From Leucoraja erinacea (lineage: Eukaryota), in contig NC_073393.1 in assembly GCF_028641065.1 (NCBI RefSeq), positions 4,340,001-4,404,000 of the forward strand: a stretch of DNA of 64,000 bases, read 5' to 3'. The notes beneath the pieces are model-generated. The model did no database searches and was not told the origin of the DNA. It saw only the letters and a program-made list of their open reading frames with translations. A program made the translations under genes and the position numbers. Shown here in pieces: positions 38,521 to 49,989 of this stretch. Within the stretch, counting starts at the first letter, position 1, and the number at the start of each line of letters is the position of its first letter.

Positions 38521-39384
38521 CCTGGAATGCAATGCTGCTATTTACATGGCAGCAATTTCACTCCTTAGACATCAGATACAGGAAAGGCTTTACCAGGAGT
38601 GGCTTTTTTTTAGGAAATTGTAGACAAGTTTATCCAAAATGAACGGACTAAGACTCAGTCAAAATATAAAATGGTGCTAACAAAATGATAAAACTAACAG
38701 CATATTGAGTAAAGGTACTATTATTTTCTCTTGAGATTTAAAAATATATAAACAACTTATTTGAGCATCTGTTATGACAGGATTGAGAATGCAAAGCCAT
38801 GAATCCTGTTCTCAGGCAACCTGAATTTAGAAATTGCCTTGTAGTTCAGTATAATAAAGATTTAAATGCTCCAATTATGAATTCATGTTAACACTCTTGG
38901 AAAAAAGCCACCTGTTTAGAAATGTTTATTTAAAGTGTAATGTTGTGTTCCAAAATGATGAATCAAGCTTCCTGATTTTTCTGGGCATTAATTTTAATTG
39001 GCACTTCAATTTAATTTAATTTGCTTGTTGGTTGTTGCATCTGATAGCAGTTATCTAGTAAAAATAAAATTCCAACCAATATCTGTTGGCTCAGTTAACT
39101 TTATAAAAGAATGTGTTCCCCTTTTTAATTTTGTTCCCAGACAAACTGCAGGGCCATTAAAACCGTATTGGGAGATAATTCAGTTTGTTTGGACAGCAAA
39201 AGAAGAATGAACTGAATAAATATGTATCTGCCACAAATATATGGAGCTTAAGCCTGTTGCTGTCATAGATAAAATTCCCAATGTTGTAGGAAAACAACAT
39301 ATGGTTGTATGGTTCCTATTACATAATGGTGTTTAGTTTTCATCTGTTCAAATAGTTATTATTCCATTTCCTTTGTCTTTTTAG

Positions 39385-39494
39385 GTATCTTTTTTCACAT
39401 CACTATGGAATCATCCATTCTTCACAATCAGCTGTATAACTCTTATCGGTTTATTTTTTGCTGGAATACATAAAAGAGTAGTTGCACCCTCAAT
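39385..39494 (+). CDS. CNEP1R1: CNEP1R1 exon 4 ([13 protein letters not shown]...KRVVAPS)
   Basis: Acceptor ctttgtctttttag, 110 nt, followed by the U12-type donor GTATCCTTT. Confidence 0.95.
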
Positions 39495-39865
39495 GTATCC
39501 TTTTCATTAACCGTTCAAACCGTCAGTCGTGAGATTTGTAACAGTAACTGCAATTGATTACATCTATTTAAATTATGTTCTGCAGAGATGAGCCACATCA
39601 TTTCTCAGTGCACCCGTATTTTGTAATATTTTACAAGCCGTTTACAAAAAAGATGGCACAGTGACTTCACTTGTACAGAAACAATTAGAGACAACTGTTC
39701 TTCAAGCCTGTACTTTACGATCTTTCTTATGGTATTTGTTGAGTACTTTGGCTTGTTGAATGCAGAATTGGTAGTTTTTTTGTACAATACTTCCCAAGGA
39801 GCAGGGATGTCATGTAACTACAATTTCAATTGGAATCATCATTTCTCTTAACATATTACTTTCAG
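39495..39865 (+). other. U12-type (minor spliceosome) GT-AG intron
   Basis: 5' splice site GTATCCTTT; branch-point-like TTCTCTTAAC at 39843-39852, 13 nt before the exon; no long pyrimidine tract. Confidence 0.9.
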
Positions 39866-39920
39866 CATTGCTGCAAGATGTCGAACTATTTTAGCAGAAT
39901 ACAATATGTCTTGTGATGAT
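39866..39920 (+). CDS. CNEP1R1: CNEP1R1 exon 5 (IAARCRTILAEYNMSCDD)
   Basis: Acceptor actttcag, donor GAT|GTAAGT, 55 nt. Confidence 0.95.
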
Positions 39921-40133
39921 GTAAGTATTTGTCTTCAAAGATAGGAAAAAAGAGAAAACGCAATGACCAATGCTTGGATTTTAAATATCAGTCTGCTGGC
40001 TGACTTTAGACCAGACAGAATCAAATATGTTTTTCTTTTTTTTGAATTTCATATGCACATTTCTCTTTTGAACTTTGTGTAAGAACTGCAGATGCTGGTT
40101 TAAATCGAAGGTAGACACAAAATGCTGGAGTAA

Positions 40134-41343
40134 AGCCCTTGTCCCACTTTCACAACCTAATTTGCGACCTCTGACGACCTTAAACGACCTTAAAAAAAAT
40201 CAAGGTCGCAGTAATCTACGACCTTCCACCTTCCACGGCTATGTTCAAGACCTCCCACGACTATGAAGAAGACGTCCTTCGACTATGTTGAAGACTGGCT
40301 TTGAACATGTACGTTTTACTGCTGTTTGCAGAAGCCCTTTTGCATCAGCAGCCTTTTAAGAAAGGCAGAAGGGGAAGAGTAAGCACAAGAAGAGGTCTCA
40401 ATGGGTGAATGGAGATGATGTGATGGACTGTCCCAGTACACCAGATGACTGGAAGAGAGTGGCGCTGGGCTTTGACAAAAGATGGAGCCTTAAGCACACA
40501 TGTCGGGCAGTGGATGGCAAGCATGCCGTTCTTGTCCCTGTATCCCTCGTTTTCCTTTTCGTACAGGATGGCATTCTGCTGGAACCATTCCTCGAGGTCC
40601 CCCTCCTGCTGCCTGGTGAAGGTGTAGAGCATAACTTTCCTCCAGCCCTCCCTCACCACCAATGGGGCATCTGCCACTGATGCTGTGTCAGACACAGGAG
40701 AAAGGGCTGCTTTGCTGCCTTCAAATGAGACAGTGAAGGATGGGGTGGTGGTGGGGACATATACTACCACCCTGGTCTCCTCCTCTAGGGGTATCTCATG
40801 CAGGGCTACCTCCTTCTGCACTATCACCTCCTGTGGCCACTCCTCCTCTTGGGTGGGCAACACCTGCAGGGCAGGTTTTTTTTAGGGTTGTGCCATCCCC
40901 CCTGCGCTGCTGCCTTTTTGGTGCCATCTCTTAAACAAAAGTCTCCAAAAAACCCTCCAGCAATGAATGAACATGCCTTGGAGTGACAGACGTTCTGCTG
41001 TTTAAATAACCTTTTTTTTCTACTGACATTTTTTTACCCCGGAGCTATTACCTTCGACTGCTTCCGACCACCTACGATTGCCTATGACTACCTGCGACTA
41101 GCATCACGATCTACCTACGAGTAAAAAGTATCGATTTTTTCCATGCCGACCTTTTTTTTACTCGTGGACATTTTTTATCAGGCTAGAAAAAACGTTGCAA
41201 CCTACTTGATGCCACGAGTACCTACGACTAGCATCACGGCCTGCCTACAACTTCCTACGATCACGTGGCGACCATGCTGCGAGTATGGGTCAAGGGCAAA
41301 CTCGGCCGAGGTCGTGAATTAGGGTGTGAAAGTGGGACGGGCT
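40134..41343. mobile_element. Internally deleted PIF/Harbinger DNA transposon with TAA target-site duplication
   Basis: Terminal inverted repeats AGCCC(TT)GTCCCACTTTCACA(A/C)CCTAATT; TAA at 40131-40133 and 41344-41346 splitting a Penelope-type unit (ggagTAActcag). Plus-strand transposase remnant CPSTPDDWKRVALGFDKRWSLKHTCRAVDGKH; minus-strand Myb/MADF-like remnant DLEEWFQQNAILYEKENEGYRDK. Confidence 0.88.
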
Positions 41344-42084
41344 TAACTCAGTGGGTGAGGCAGCACCTCTGGAGAGAAGGAATGGACGACGTTTTGGGGC
41401 AAGACACTCAACCCGAAGCGTCGCCTATTCCTTCTCTTTTGAACTTCTTTGATTCACTTTGTTTTGCGGTGGAGTGGGGGGAGTGGGTGAGGCCACCCTT
41501 TTTACGTTTTGGGGAAATTTGCCTCAATTGATGTTTGTGCTACAAGAGACTGCACACGCTGAAATCTTGAGCAGAAAAACAAACGACCCACAGTCTCCCA
41601 ACGGCTTCAAAGAATCCTCCATCATTCCAGTCCACAAAAAAAAGTAATGGGTCGCAATGACTATTGTCCAGTAGCTTTATCATCAAGCACAATAAAGTGC
41701 TTTGTTGAACGACTGACAATGCCCCAAATTTGTGTCAGTCTTCCAGACGATTTAGACCACTTGCAAATTACGTAGAGGAAAAATAGGTCTGCAGAGGTTG
41801 CCATCTCTCTTGCACTGCAGTCAGCTATTGATCACCTTGAAAATACAAGCATCTATATCAGGAAGCTATTCATTAACTACAGCATTTATTTAATTGGGTT
41901 GTTTCAAAGCGGAGATTAATAGGTTTTTGATTAGTATGGGCATCAAAGGTTAGGAGGAGAAAGCAGGAGAATGGGGTCGAGAGGAAAAATAGATCAGCCA
42001 TGATCGATTGGCGAAGCAGACTCAATGGGCCAAATGGCCTGTCTTATGGTTAGAGGCCTGACGGTAAGGCATGTGAACTTGTGG

Positions 42085-42416
42085 TGGCATAGTGGCGCAG
42101 CGGTAGAGTTGCTGCCTTACAGTGCTTGCACCTCCAGAGCCCCGGGTTCGACCCTGACTACGGGTGCTGTCAAAACAGAGTTTGTACTTTCTTCCCGTGA
42201 CAGCGTGGGTTTTCTCTGAGATCTTCAGTTTCCTCCCACAGTCCAAAGGCGTTCAGGTTTATAGGTTAATTGGCTTGGGTTTCTATACTTGGTATAAGTG
42301 TATATTTTCCCTAGTGTGTGTGTGTAGGCGTGTGTTAATGTGAGGGGAACGCTGGTCGGTGCGGACTTGGTGGGTCGAAGAGCCTGTTACCGCATTGTAT
42401 CTCTAAACTAAACTAA
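42085..42416 (+). mobile_element. HE1-like SINE
   Basis: A box tggcgcagcgg, B box ggttcgaccc, tail tgtatctctaaactaaactaaa. Confidence 0.85.
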
Positions 42417-42689
42417 AAGCTTGGATAGGTACAGTGATTGGGACATTACAGCCATGACAGTCATGTGGCAAGGGAGGAACAGGACTGGCAGCTTAATGTT
42501 CCATCATGCAGCTCTCTAGATGAGATAGAGGGGTGAAATAGGAGAGGGAGTTGCTTTATTAATTACTGCCAGTACTTTCTGCAGCATTTAGCCGACATTT
42601 TTAGATACAAGTGTATTGCAAGTTATTTTATTGTAACCTTAATTCATTTTTATTTTAATTATTTTATCTTTTATTTTTCCCCTTTCTAG

Positions 42690-42731
42690 ACTGGGAAACT
42701 AATATTAAAGCCCAGGCCTCATGTCCAATGA
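42690..42731 (+). CDS. CNEP1R1: CNEP1R1 exon 6 (TGKLILKPRPHVQ*)
   Basis: Acceptor tttttcccctttctag, TGA at 42729-42731. Confidence 0.95.
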   Translation, partial: TGKLILKPRPHVQ

Positions 42732-43674
42732 CATTCTCCAAGCCAGTGGTTCAGTGAATTCATGAAAAGGTGAAAGTGGCCGTGAATAAACAAGTCCATT
42801 GATGCAGCACTCCTAGGGTCAACATCAACATTTCAGCCTCGTAAAGTTCCCGAGAACAGAAAAATTCTCAGCCACATGGGGGGATTTTATGAAACTAGCA
42901 TTGCAGCTGGCACATAGTTTTAGGTCAGTTGCAAAATATGATTTGGAAAGTATTTAAATCTTGCTCAGTCACTTTAATTTATTAAAATGTTACGGATTCT
43001 TGTATTGTTTAAAAGTTGAATTGCTCATTTTATTACTGACATGCTTTTGTAACTATTTCGTGAAATGTTCATACAATTAATATCAAGGATTTAAAAGCTA
43101 CAAGCTGTTCTCGTGGAGAATTGAGCTGGACTGTATCAGGAATTATTTCAACATGATTGTTAAACTATTGTTGCCTGCTTTTTACTCTTCCAGTCTGTTG
43201 TTTTTGCTCTGCGGATCTTTTTTGAATATAGGTTATGAGAATATTACCTTTATTGTTTATCATTACTATGTGTTATGAAACCTCTGTCAACTTATCCCAC
43301 TTAGACTGGATGCAAGTTTCAATGGATTGCCTGTGCTTTTGGGTGAGATCCTGAATACTTTGATCCGCCAAATTGTGTGATATTTTATTCATAGGAAGAT
43401 ACTGATTTGTTTTGCAGACTGTTGCATATATAGATTCACATTTTACTGAATTATGCTAAATTGTATAGAACAGGTAGAAATTAACTTTTTTTTCCTCCAA
43501 ATCTTGCAGTTGTTTTTCTTCTCTTGCATTGCTAATCTAGAATGTGTTGTGGGTTCTTGATTTCCCACTTTGTATTTTAATAACATGAAAACTTAATTTT
43601 TTTAAATTTTAAAAGCATCATGACTTTGTAAAAAAAATGTGGCCACATGAATTTTGTAGGCCTATGTACAGAGC

Positions 43675-43680
43675 AATAAA
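43675..43680 (+). terminator. Probable distal polyadenylation signal of cnep1r1 (a proximal AATAAA also lies at 42785-42790)
   Basis: AATAAA preceded by several TGTA motifs and followed by a T-rich tract, at the end of a ~950-nt transposon-free AT-rich UTR. Confidence 0.6.
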
Positions 43681-44369
43681 CAATTTATATGGATTTTTTT
43701 TTGAAGTGGATGTAATACAATTCTGAGAGTTGATCATACATTTGAAATGTATCGGAAATCAGATGGGATTTGAATGTTTAATATGTAAAATGGTAAGGAG
43801 TTTGGCAAATAATTATGTGGGGGGAAATGGTCTATTTCTATTGAGCATTAGGAATGCCATACCTATGCTTTAAGACTTGCCAACATATATTAAAGAACAT
43901 GAAATAGTACAGTACAGTAACAGGCCCTTCAGCCCACGATGCCTGTGCTGAACATGATGCCAAATATGGCCAAGTTAAACAGATTTCCTCTATCTGCATG
44001 TGATCCATATCCCTCCATTCCCTGCATATCCATGTGCTTATTTAAAAGCCACTATCGTCCTTCCCACCACCACCTTTGGCACCACGTTCCATATACCAAC
44101 CAATCTATGTTTTTAAAAACAAGCCTTGCCCCACATATTTCCTTTAAACGTTGCCCCTTCCACCTTGTAGCTGCGCCCTCTCATTTTTGACATTTACCCC
44201 TGGGAAATTGACTCTTAATGCTTCCTTACCCACTGCCTTTTTTTAACCTACTCCACTCCTCCTAACTGTTTAGAGACTACATGAACACTCAGTGAGAAAG
44301 TTATAATTCGCTTTTTATAAATGTCACCCATTTTTCTCCAAACCAATTTTGTTCACCTTCACAGCATTG

Positions 44370-44790
44370 CCTAAGAGCCCTATCTAGCTCTCTTGAAAGC
44401 ATCCAGAGAACCTGCCTCCGCCACCCTCTGAGGCAGAGAATTCCACAGGCTCACCACTCTCTGAGAAAAAGTGTTTCCTCTTCTCCGTTCTAAATGGCTG
44501 ACTCCTTATTCTTAAACTGTGGCCCCTGGTTCTGGACTTCCCCAACATCGGGAAAATGTTTCCTGCCTCTAGCGTGTCCAAGCCCTTAACAATCCTATAT
44601 GTTTCAATGAGATACCCTCTCATCCCTCTAAACTCCAGAGTGTACAACCCCAGCTGCTCCATTCTCTCAGCATATGACAGTCCCGCCATCCCGGGAATTA
44701 ACCTTGTAAACCTACGCTGAACTCCCTCAATAGCAAGAATGTCCTCTAATTAGGGGGATAAAACTCCAATACTCCAGGTGTGGTCTCACA
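44370..44790 (-). mobile_element. CR1/HER1-like LINE fragment
   Basis: ORF 44384..44689 MAGLSYAERMEQLGLYTLEF... Confidence 0.85.
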
Positions 44791-45644
44791 TTGATGTGAT
44801 GGCCACCAACAACTTTATTTTATTAATGCATTTCTTCCCAGTTGCCCAGCCCTGACCTCCTGTTCAGCCCAAACTCCCTTGCTCTGCTTCTGCACTTTTC
44901 CATATTTATTCATGTTTATTTTAATGCCATGTATATCGAGGTACAGTGAAAAGCTTTTGTGTGCTAGCCACTCAGCGGAAAGACTATACATGATTACCAT
45001 CGAGTCTTCCACAGTGCAGAGGTACATGATAAAGGGAATAACGTTTAGTGCAAGATAAAGTCTGATTAAAGATAGTTCGAGGGTCTCCAATGAGGTAGAC
45101 AGTAGCTCAGGACCACTCTCCAGTTGTTGGTTCAGTTGCCTGATAACTGCTGGGAATGAACTCCGTGAAGAAGGGTCTCGACCCAAAACATCGCCTGTTC
45201 CTTCTCTCCATAGATGCTGCCTCACCCGCTGAGTTTCTCCAGCATTTTTTGCCTGTCCTTGAATCAACCTACATTGATTTATAAATTCAATGTAGGTGTT
45301 TATCGCCATATTCTGCCAATTATTTCCAACCTTCCATTCCGTTTGCGAATTGGACATAATGCAATTCTTGAATCAGGGAACACTATGCATCATGCATGCT
45401 AAATGTTGGTTAGGGACAAGAGAACCATTAGAGATTGAAAATATATTGGAAATTGATAACAGAAAGAAATTCTTGGATTTAAACATATCATGGAGAGAAA
45501 ATGTTCCATGTAACCTCCCTGCAGTAATAAGACATCACCATCGTTTAAGAAAAGCCTGTTAGTGTCTTCACTGGTGACAATTCAAATTGATAGGCAATCG
45601 CTTCTATTGACTCTTGTGCAATGATACTCTATTGAACAATGTAA

Positions 45645-46135
45645 CAGGGAGACTAAGCGTAGGTTGGGCGATCGTTTCGCCGAACACCTCCGCTCAGTCC
45701 GCAATAACCAACCTGACCTCCCGGTGGCTCAGCACTTCAACTCCCCCTCCCATTCCCAATCCGACCTCTGTCTTGGGTCTCCTCCATTGCCAGAGTGAGC
45801 AACAGCGGAAATTGGAGGAACAGCACCTCATATTCCGCCTGGGGACCTTGCGTCCGGATGGCATTAACATTGAATTCTCCCAATTTTGCTAGCCCTTGCT
45901 GTCTCCTCCCCTTCCTTAACCCTCTAGCTGTCCCACCCTCCCATCTGCCCGCCCTCGGGCTCCTCCTCCCCTTTTCCTTCCTTCTTCCCCCCAAACCCCC
46001 CATCAGTCTGAAGAAGGGTTTCGGCCCGAAACGTCGCCTATTTCCTTCGCTCCATAGATGCTGCTGCACCCGCTGAGTTTCTCCAGCAATTTTGTGTACC
46101 TTCGATCTTCCAGCATCTGCAGTTCCTTCTTGAAG
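45645..46135 (+). mobile_element. Penelope-like element 3' fragment: GIY-YIG endonuclease tail, then terminal repeat with hammerhead motif
   Basis: Frames give GETKRRLGDRFAEHLRSVRNNQPDLPVAQHFNSPSH and RKLEEQHLIFRLGTLRPDGINIEF*, followed by CTGAAGA...GAAACGTC at 46008-46035. Confidence 0.85.
46008..46035 (+). ncRNA. Minimal hammerhead-ribozyme-like motif (Penelope-associated)
   Basis: CUGAAGA-A-GGGU(UUCG)GCCC-GAAA-CG-UC: both core boxes, a helix II and a UH site are present. Helices I and III are very short, so activity is unproven. Confidence 0.6.
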
Positions 46136-46849
46136 CCTTTAGTATTTTGCGCTTTCAGTGACAAAATTAAGCATTGCTATTAGAAAGACCATTCTCTTTG
46201 TAAATCATGCAGGAAGAATCATTCCTTTGAGATTCTGAGCACTTTAGTCCCCAACACCTTTTCCCCATATTGACACAATTGTTTTTATAACATGATTTTT
46301 CTATACTACAATCAATTTGTAGCAGAACAGAGTTATGGAACATGTGCAGGCAGAGGAAATTACTTTATCATGGAGACAAAAGGAACTGTCGATGCTGGCA
46401 TCTTGCATCAAACACAAAGTGCTGGAGAAACTCAGGGGGTCAGGCAGGATCTGTGGAGGGGCGAACAGGTGACAGTTTATCATGCTGTCATGTTTGTGGG
46501 CCGAAGGGCCTGTTCCCGTGTTGTACTATTCTGTTTATGCACAAATGTTTTTCCCCCAAAACAAACTTTAATCAGAATTAAAAGTACAAAATTAAAACTG
46601 TGCAAGAATTCTTCATGCATTCTCAGTGTCTGTAGTTAATGGTGTTGCACCACTATCTTTAAACATTACATAGACAGGGGGAACTGCAGGTGCTGGAACA
46701 AAACAATACACAAAGTGCTGGAGTAACTCAGCAGGTCAGGTCAAGTGATAGGTGGATGCAGATGATGAGAGTTTAGATTGACAGAGGGGTGGACAAAGAC
46801 CAGAGATGGGAAGGAAACGGGTGTGAGATATGGGGGAAGATGAAGGATT

Positions 46850-47645
46850 CAGAGTCAGAGAGTCAGAGTCAATTTAATTGTCATTTGGACCCCTGGAGGT
46901 CCAAACGAAATGCCGTTTCTGCAGCCATACATTACATACAAATAGACCCCAGACACAACAATAATTACATTTAACATAAACATCCATCACATAGCTGTGA
47001 TGGTAGGCCAAATAAACTTCTCTCTCCACTGCACTAACCCCCCCCCCCCAAGATGTCAGAGTCAAAGTCTCCCCGGCTAGATGGCGATTGTCCCGCGGCC
47101 ATTAAAGCCACGCCGGGTGGTGCGAGGGCACACCGGGTCTTGGTGTTAGAGCCCCGGTGTGCGCTCGCAAAGTCCGCGGCCATTCCAGCCGCGCGGGGCA
47201 GTAGTTTCAGGCCCCGCTCCAGGAGCTCTTCGTGCAACTCGGGAGGGAGGCCGCAGCAGAAGCCCCGTGGGCGGTCTCCCCCCAGGGGCCGGGGGGGCGC
47301 CGGGTAGGGCCTCCGACTCTCCGGCAGTAGCAGCAGCAGCAGCAACAGCATCAGCAGCAGCAGCGTCCAACGCTGGACTCGGCCAGCTCCGCGACGGCAA
47401 CGGGTGAGTCGAGGTCTGAGTCCCCGGCGATTTTTGGAGGCCGCTCCTCGTTGCGGCCTCAATAACGCGACTGAGACCCGACGAGAAAAGGTCGGGTCTC
47501 CAGTGCAGGGAGAGATTCAAAAATTTCGGCCCCCGAGCCCCCCCACACACCATTCAAAATACATAAATCATGGCAGACAAAAATAATAAAAACGCGGACA
47601 GGCTGCAGAGGCCGCTGCTGACCAGAGCCGCGCCGCCTACCGGTG
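46850..47645 (-). mobile_element. CpG-rich non-autonomous retroelement-like insert with (GACTCT)n tail
   Basis: The minus-strand 3' end carries a stem-loop (tttggacc...ggtccaaa) and a hexamer microsatellite tail; internal (CTG)n. It interrupts a Penelope-type fragment. Family not recognised. Confidence 0.5.
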
Positions 47646-49259
47646 ATTTTGTTGGTGACCTAAAATTGGAGAATTCAATGTTCGATATTCATCTATCCAA
47701 GTGCAGATAGGGCTCTGTGTTGAATGTAGACATACAGTATGGACAGAAAAAGCCACCAAGTGCTGGAATCTCATAGTGGGTCAAGCAGCATCTCTGGAGA
47801 ACATGGATAGGTGACCTTTTGGGTCAGGTCCCCCTTCAGACTGATTGTGATGGAGGGTGGGGGGGGGGGGGGGGGGGGGGGAAGAACACCTGGCACGTGA
47901 AACGTGGCAACTCTTGTACTGCCTTGGTGAGGTCTGCTGGACGATTTTACCGGGCATGTTCAAAATAACGCATTTCATAGAAAATTGGTGCAGGAGTAGG
48001 TCATTCGGCCCTCCGAGCTAGCACCGCCATTCAATATGATAATGGCTAATCATCCAAAATCAGTGCCCCGTTCCTGCTTTCTCCCCATATCCTTTGGTTC
48101 CGTTAGCCCGAAGAGCTAAATCTAACTCTCTCTCGAATCCATCAGTACATTTCACTGTACCTAGGCACAAGAGACAATAAAGTATTGAATCATTGAGGTG
48201 CTGATAGGTACAGGTGAGGGGGATTTGATAGCCAGATGGTTGGACAAAGGCCAGAGATACCAAGTGTGAGGCAAGGACAAAAAAGCTTGAGAAACTCAGC
48301 AGGACAGGCAGCATCTACGGAGCGAAGGAATAGGCCACGTTTCGGGGCGTGACCCTTCTTCAGACTGAAGAAGACCCTTCTTCAGACGTGTGGCATGGGA
48401 TGGAGGGACAGAGGCGTTGGTAAGTTAATCACCTAAAATTAGATATCCATGTTCTCTAGCAGTACCCATCTTCTCCAGAGGTATGCGGAGGAAGGAACTG
48501 CAGATGCTGGTTCAGACGCAAAATGCTGGAGTAACTCTGCGGGACAGGCGGCATCTCTGGAGAGAAGGAATGGGTGACGTTTTGGGGTCGAGACCCTTCT
48601 TCAGGCTGAGAGTCAGGGTCAGGGGAGGAGAGATACGGAAGGGTAAGGTGGCCCAAAAATGCTGGAGTAACTCAGCAGGACAGGGGGCATCTCTGGAGAA
48701 GGAATACCCATTCCTTCTCTCCAGAGATGCTGTTTGACCCGCTGAGTAAGTTACACCAGCATTTTTTTGTGTATCTTTGGTTTCAACCGGCATCTGCAAT
48801 TCATCCATACACATTTCTCCAGCAATTCATCCATACACATTTCTCCAGTCCGAAGAAGGGTCTCGACCCGAAACGTCGCCTATTTCCTTCGCTCCATAGA
48901 TGCTGCCTCATCCGCTGAGTTTCTCCAGCATTTTTTGTCTACCTTTCTCTGTCGCTCTTCAAGGGAGATGCTAAATGCATTTCGTTGTCTCTGTACTGTA
49001 CACTGACAATGACAATTAAAATTGAATCTGAATCTGAATCTGAATCGATGATGCCTGACTCCAGCAGCAGCAAAGATCCTATAGCAGATCTTTGAGCAGC
49101 AGTGTGTGCTTCATGTTGACGTGATGTTTAGAGGGAGTTACCGACCTCCAACATCACATCCGGATGGCATGATTAATTTTGCTTTGAGTAAAAAAGGAAT
49201 TTGTTTTTCTGCCAATGCTAACTGTGGCGTTCGTGCAAGAGACGTTGGATTTGGTATGA

Positions 49260-49294
<35 letters not shown>

Positions 49295-49379
49295 GCACCC
49301 TGTCTCCGGTAAAGGAGTCAGTGTTTGCAAAGCTACTCACTGGCGTGGACAGGAATAGTGTGCATGACCCCTGTGCAAA

Positions 49380-49506
49380 ACTCTTGGTGTCCGCCCCGGT
49401 GGTGACGTCCCTGGGCTGTAGCTTGTAGCTTGTAGCAGGAGCCGGCTACACGCGTGTGTGGAGCAGCGGCAACTCCTCTCTCCACGCAGCCACATACACC
49501 CAGACC
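49380..49506 (+). promoter_or_regulatory. heatr3 promoter and 5' UTR
   Basis: Local CpG enrichment, GC box ccgccc and CRE-like TGACGT immediately upstream of accATGG. Confidence 0.5.
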
Positions 49507-49647
49507 ATGGGCAAAAGGAAAACCCACAAGTTTGCCCGCCCGCAGTTCTCCCCCCTCGGGCCAGCGAATAACACCCCAGAGGGGGACGAAGAGACGGAGG
49601 ATGGAGCTGGAGATATCTTCTCGCCAGCTGGGGATTTACTTGAGAAC
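49507..49647 (+). CDS. HEATR3: HEATR3 exon 1 (MGKRKTHKFARPQFSPLG...AGDLLEN)
   Basis: Kozak accATGG; resembles MGKSRTKRFKRPQFSPTG; donor AAC|GTAAGG. Confidence 0.92.
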
Positions 49648-49989
49648 GTAAGGTTTTGGAATTATATTAACAGCATGTCTTAACTCGAATAAGTTTCCTT
49701 ATTAAGGAAATAACAGCAGTTCTTTTACTTGAGTCAGTTTACTTAATAAAGTAAGTTTATGAATTATATTAACAGCATTTTGTAAACTTGAATACTTTTC
49801 CTTGATAAAGGAATTCATGTGAATAAATGTGAGGGAATTATATTAACAGCATGTCTTAACTTGAATATGCTTCCTTGATAAAGGTAATAACAGCAGTTCT
49901 TTTACTTGAGTCAGTTTAATAAAGTAATTTTTTGAATTATATTAACAGCATTTTGTAAACTCGAATACATTTCCTTGATGAAGGAATTA

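Larger units (their letters stand above)
34843..42731 (+). other. CNEP1R1: Gene model span: CTD nuclear envelope phosphatase 1 regulatory subunit 1 (TMEM188), 125 aa; CDS join(34843-34867, 35725-35796, 37946-38019, 39385-39494, 39866-39920, 42690-42731)
   Basis: Joined CDS is 378 nt: [125 protein letters not shown], near-identical to vertebrate CNEP1R1. Confidence 0.97.

Noticed and set aside
42085-42165. tRNA-like sequences with A and B boxes (also in the other SINE copies)
   Set aside because: They are heads of the dispersed SINE, run into the SINE body and do not form a complete cloverleaf.
47034-47586. GC-rich ORFs of 60-142 aa as a host gene
   Set aside because: No recognisable domain or splice structure; they lie inside an insert with a retroelement-like tail.
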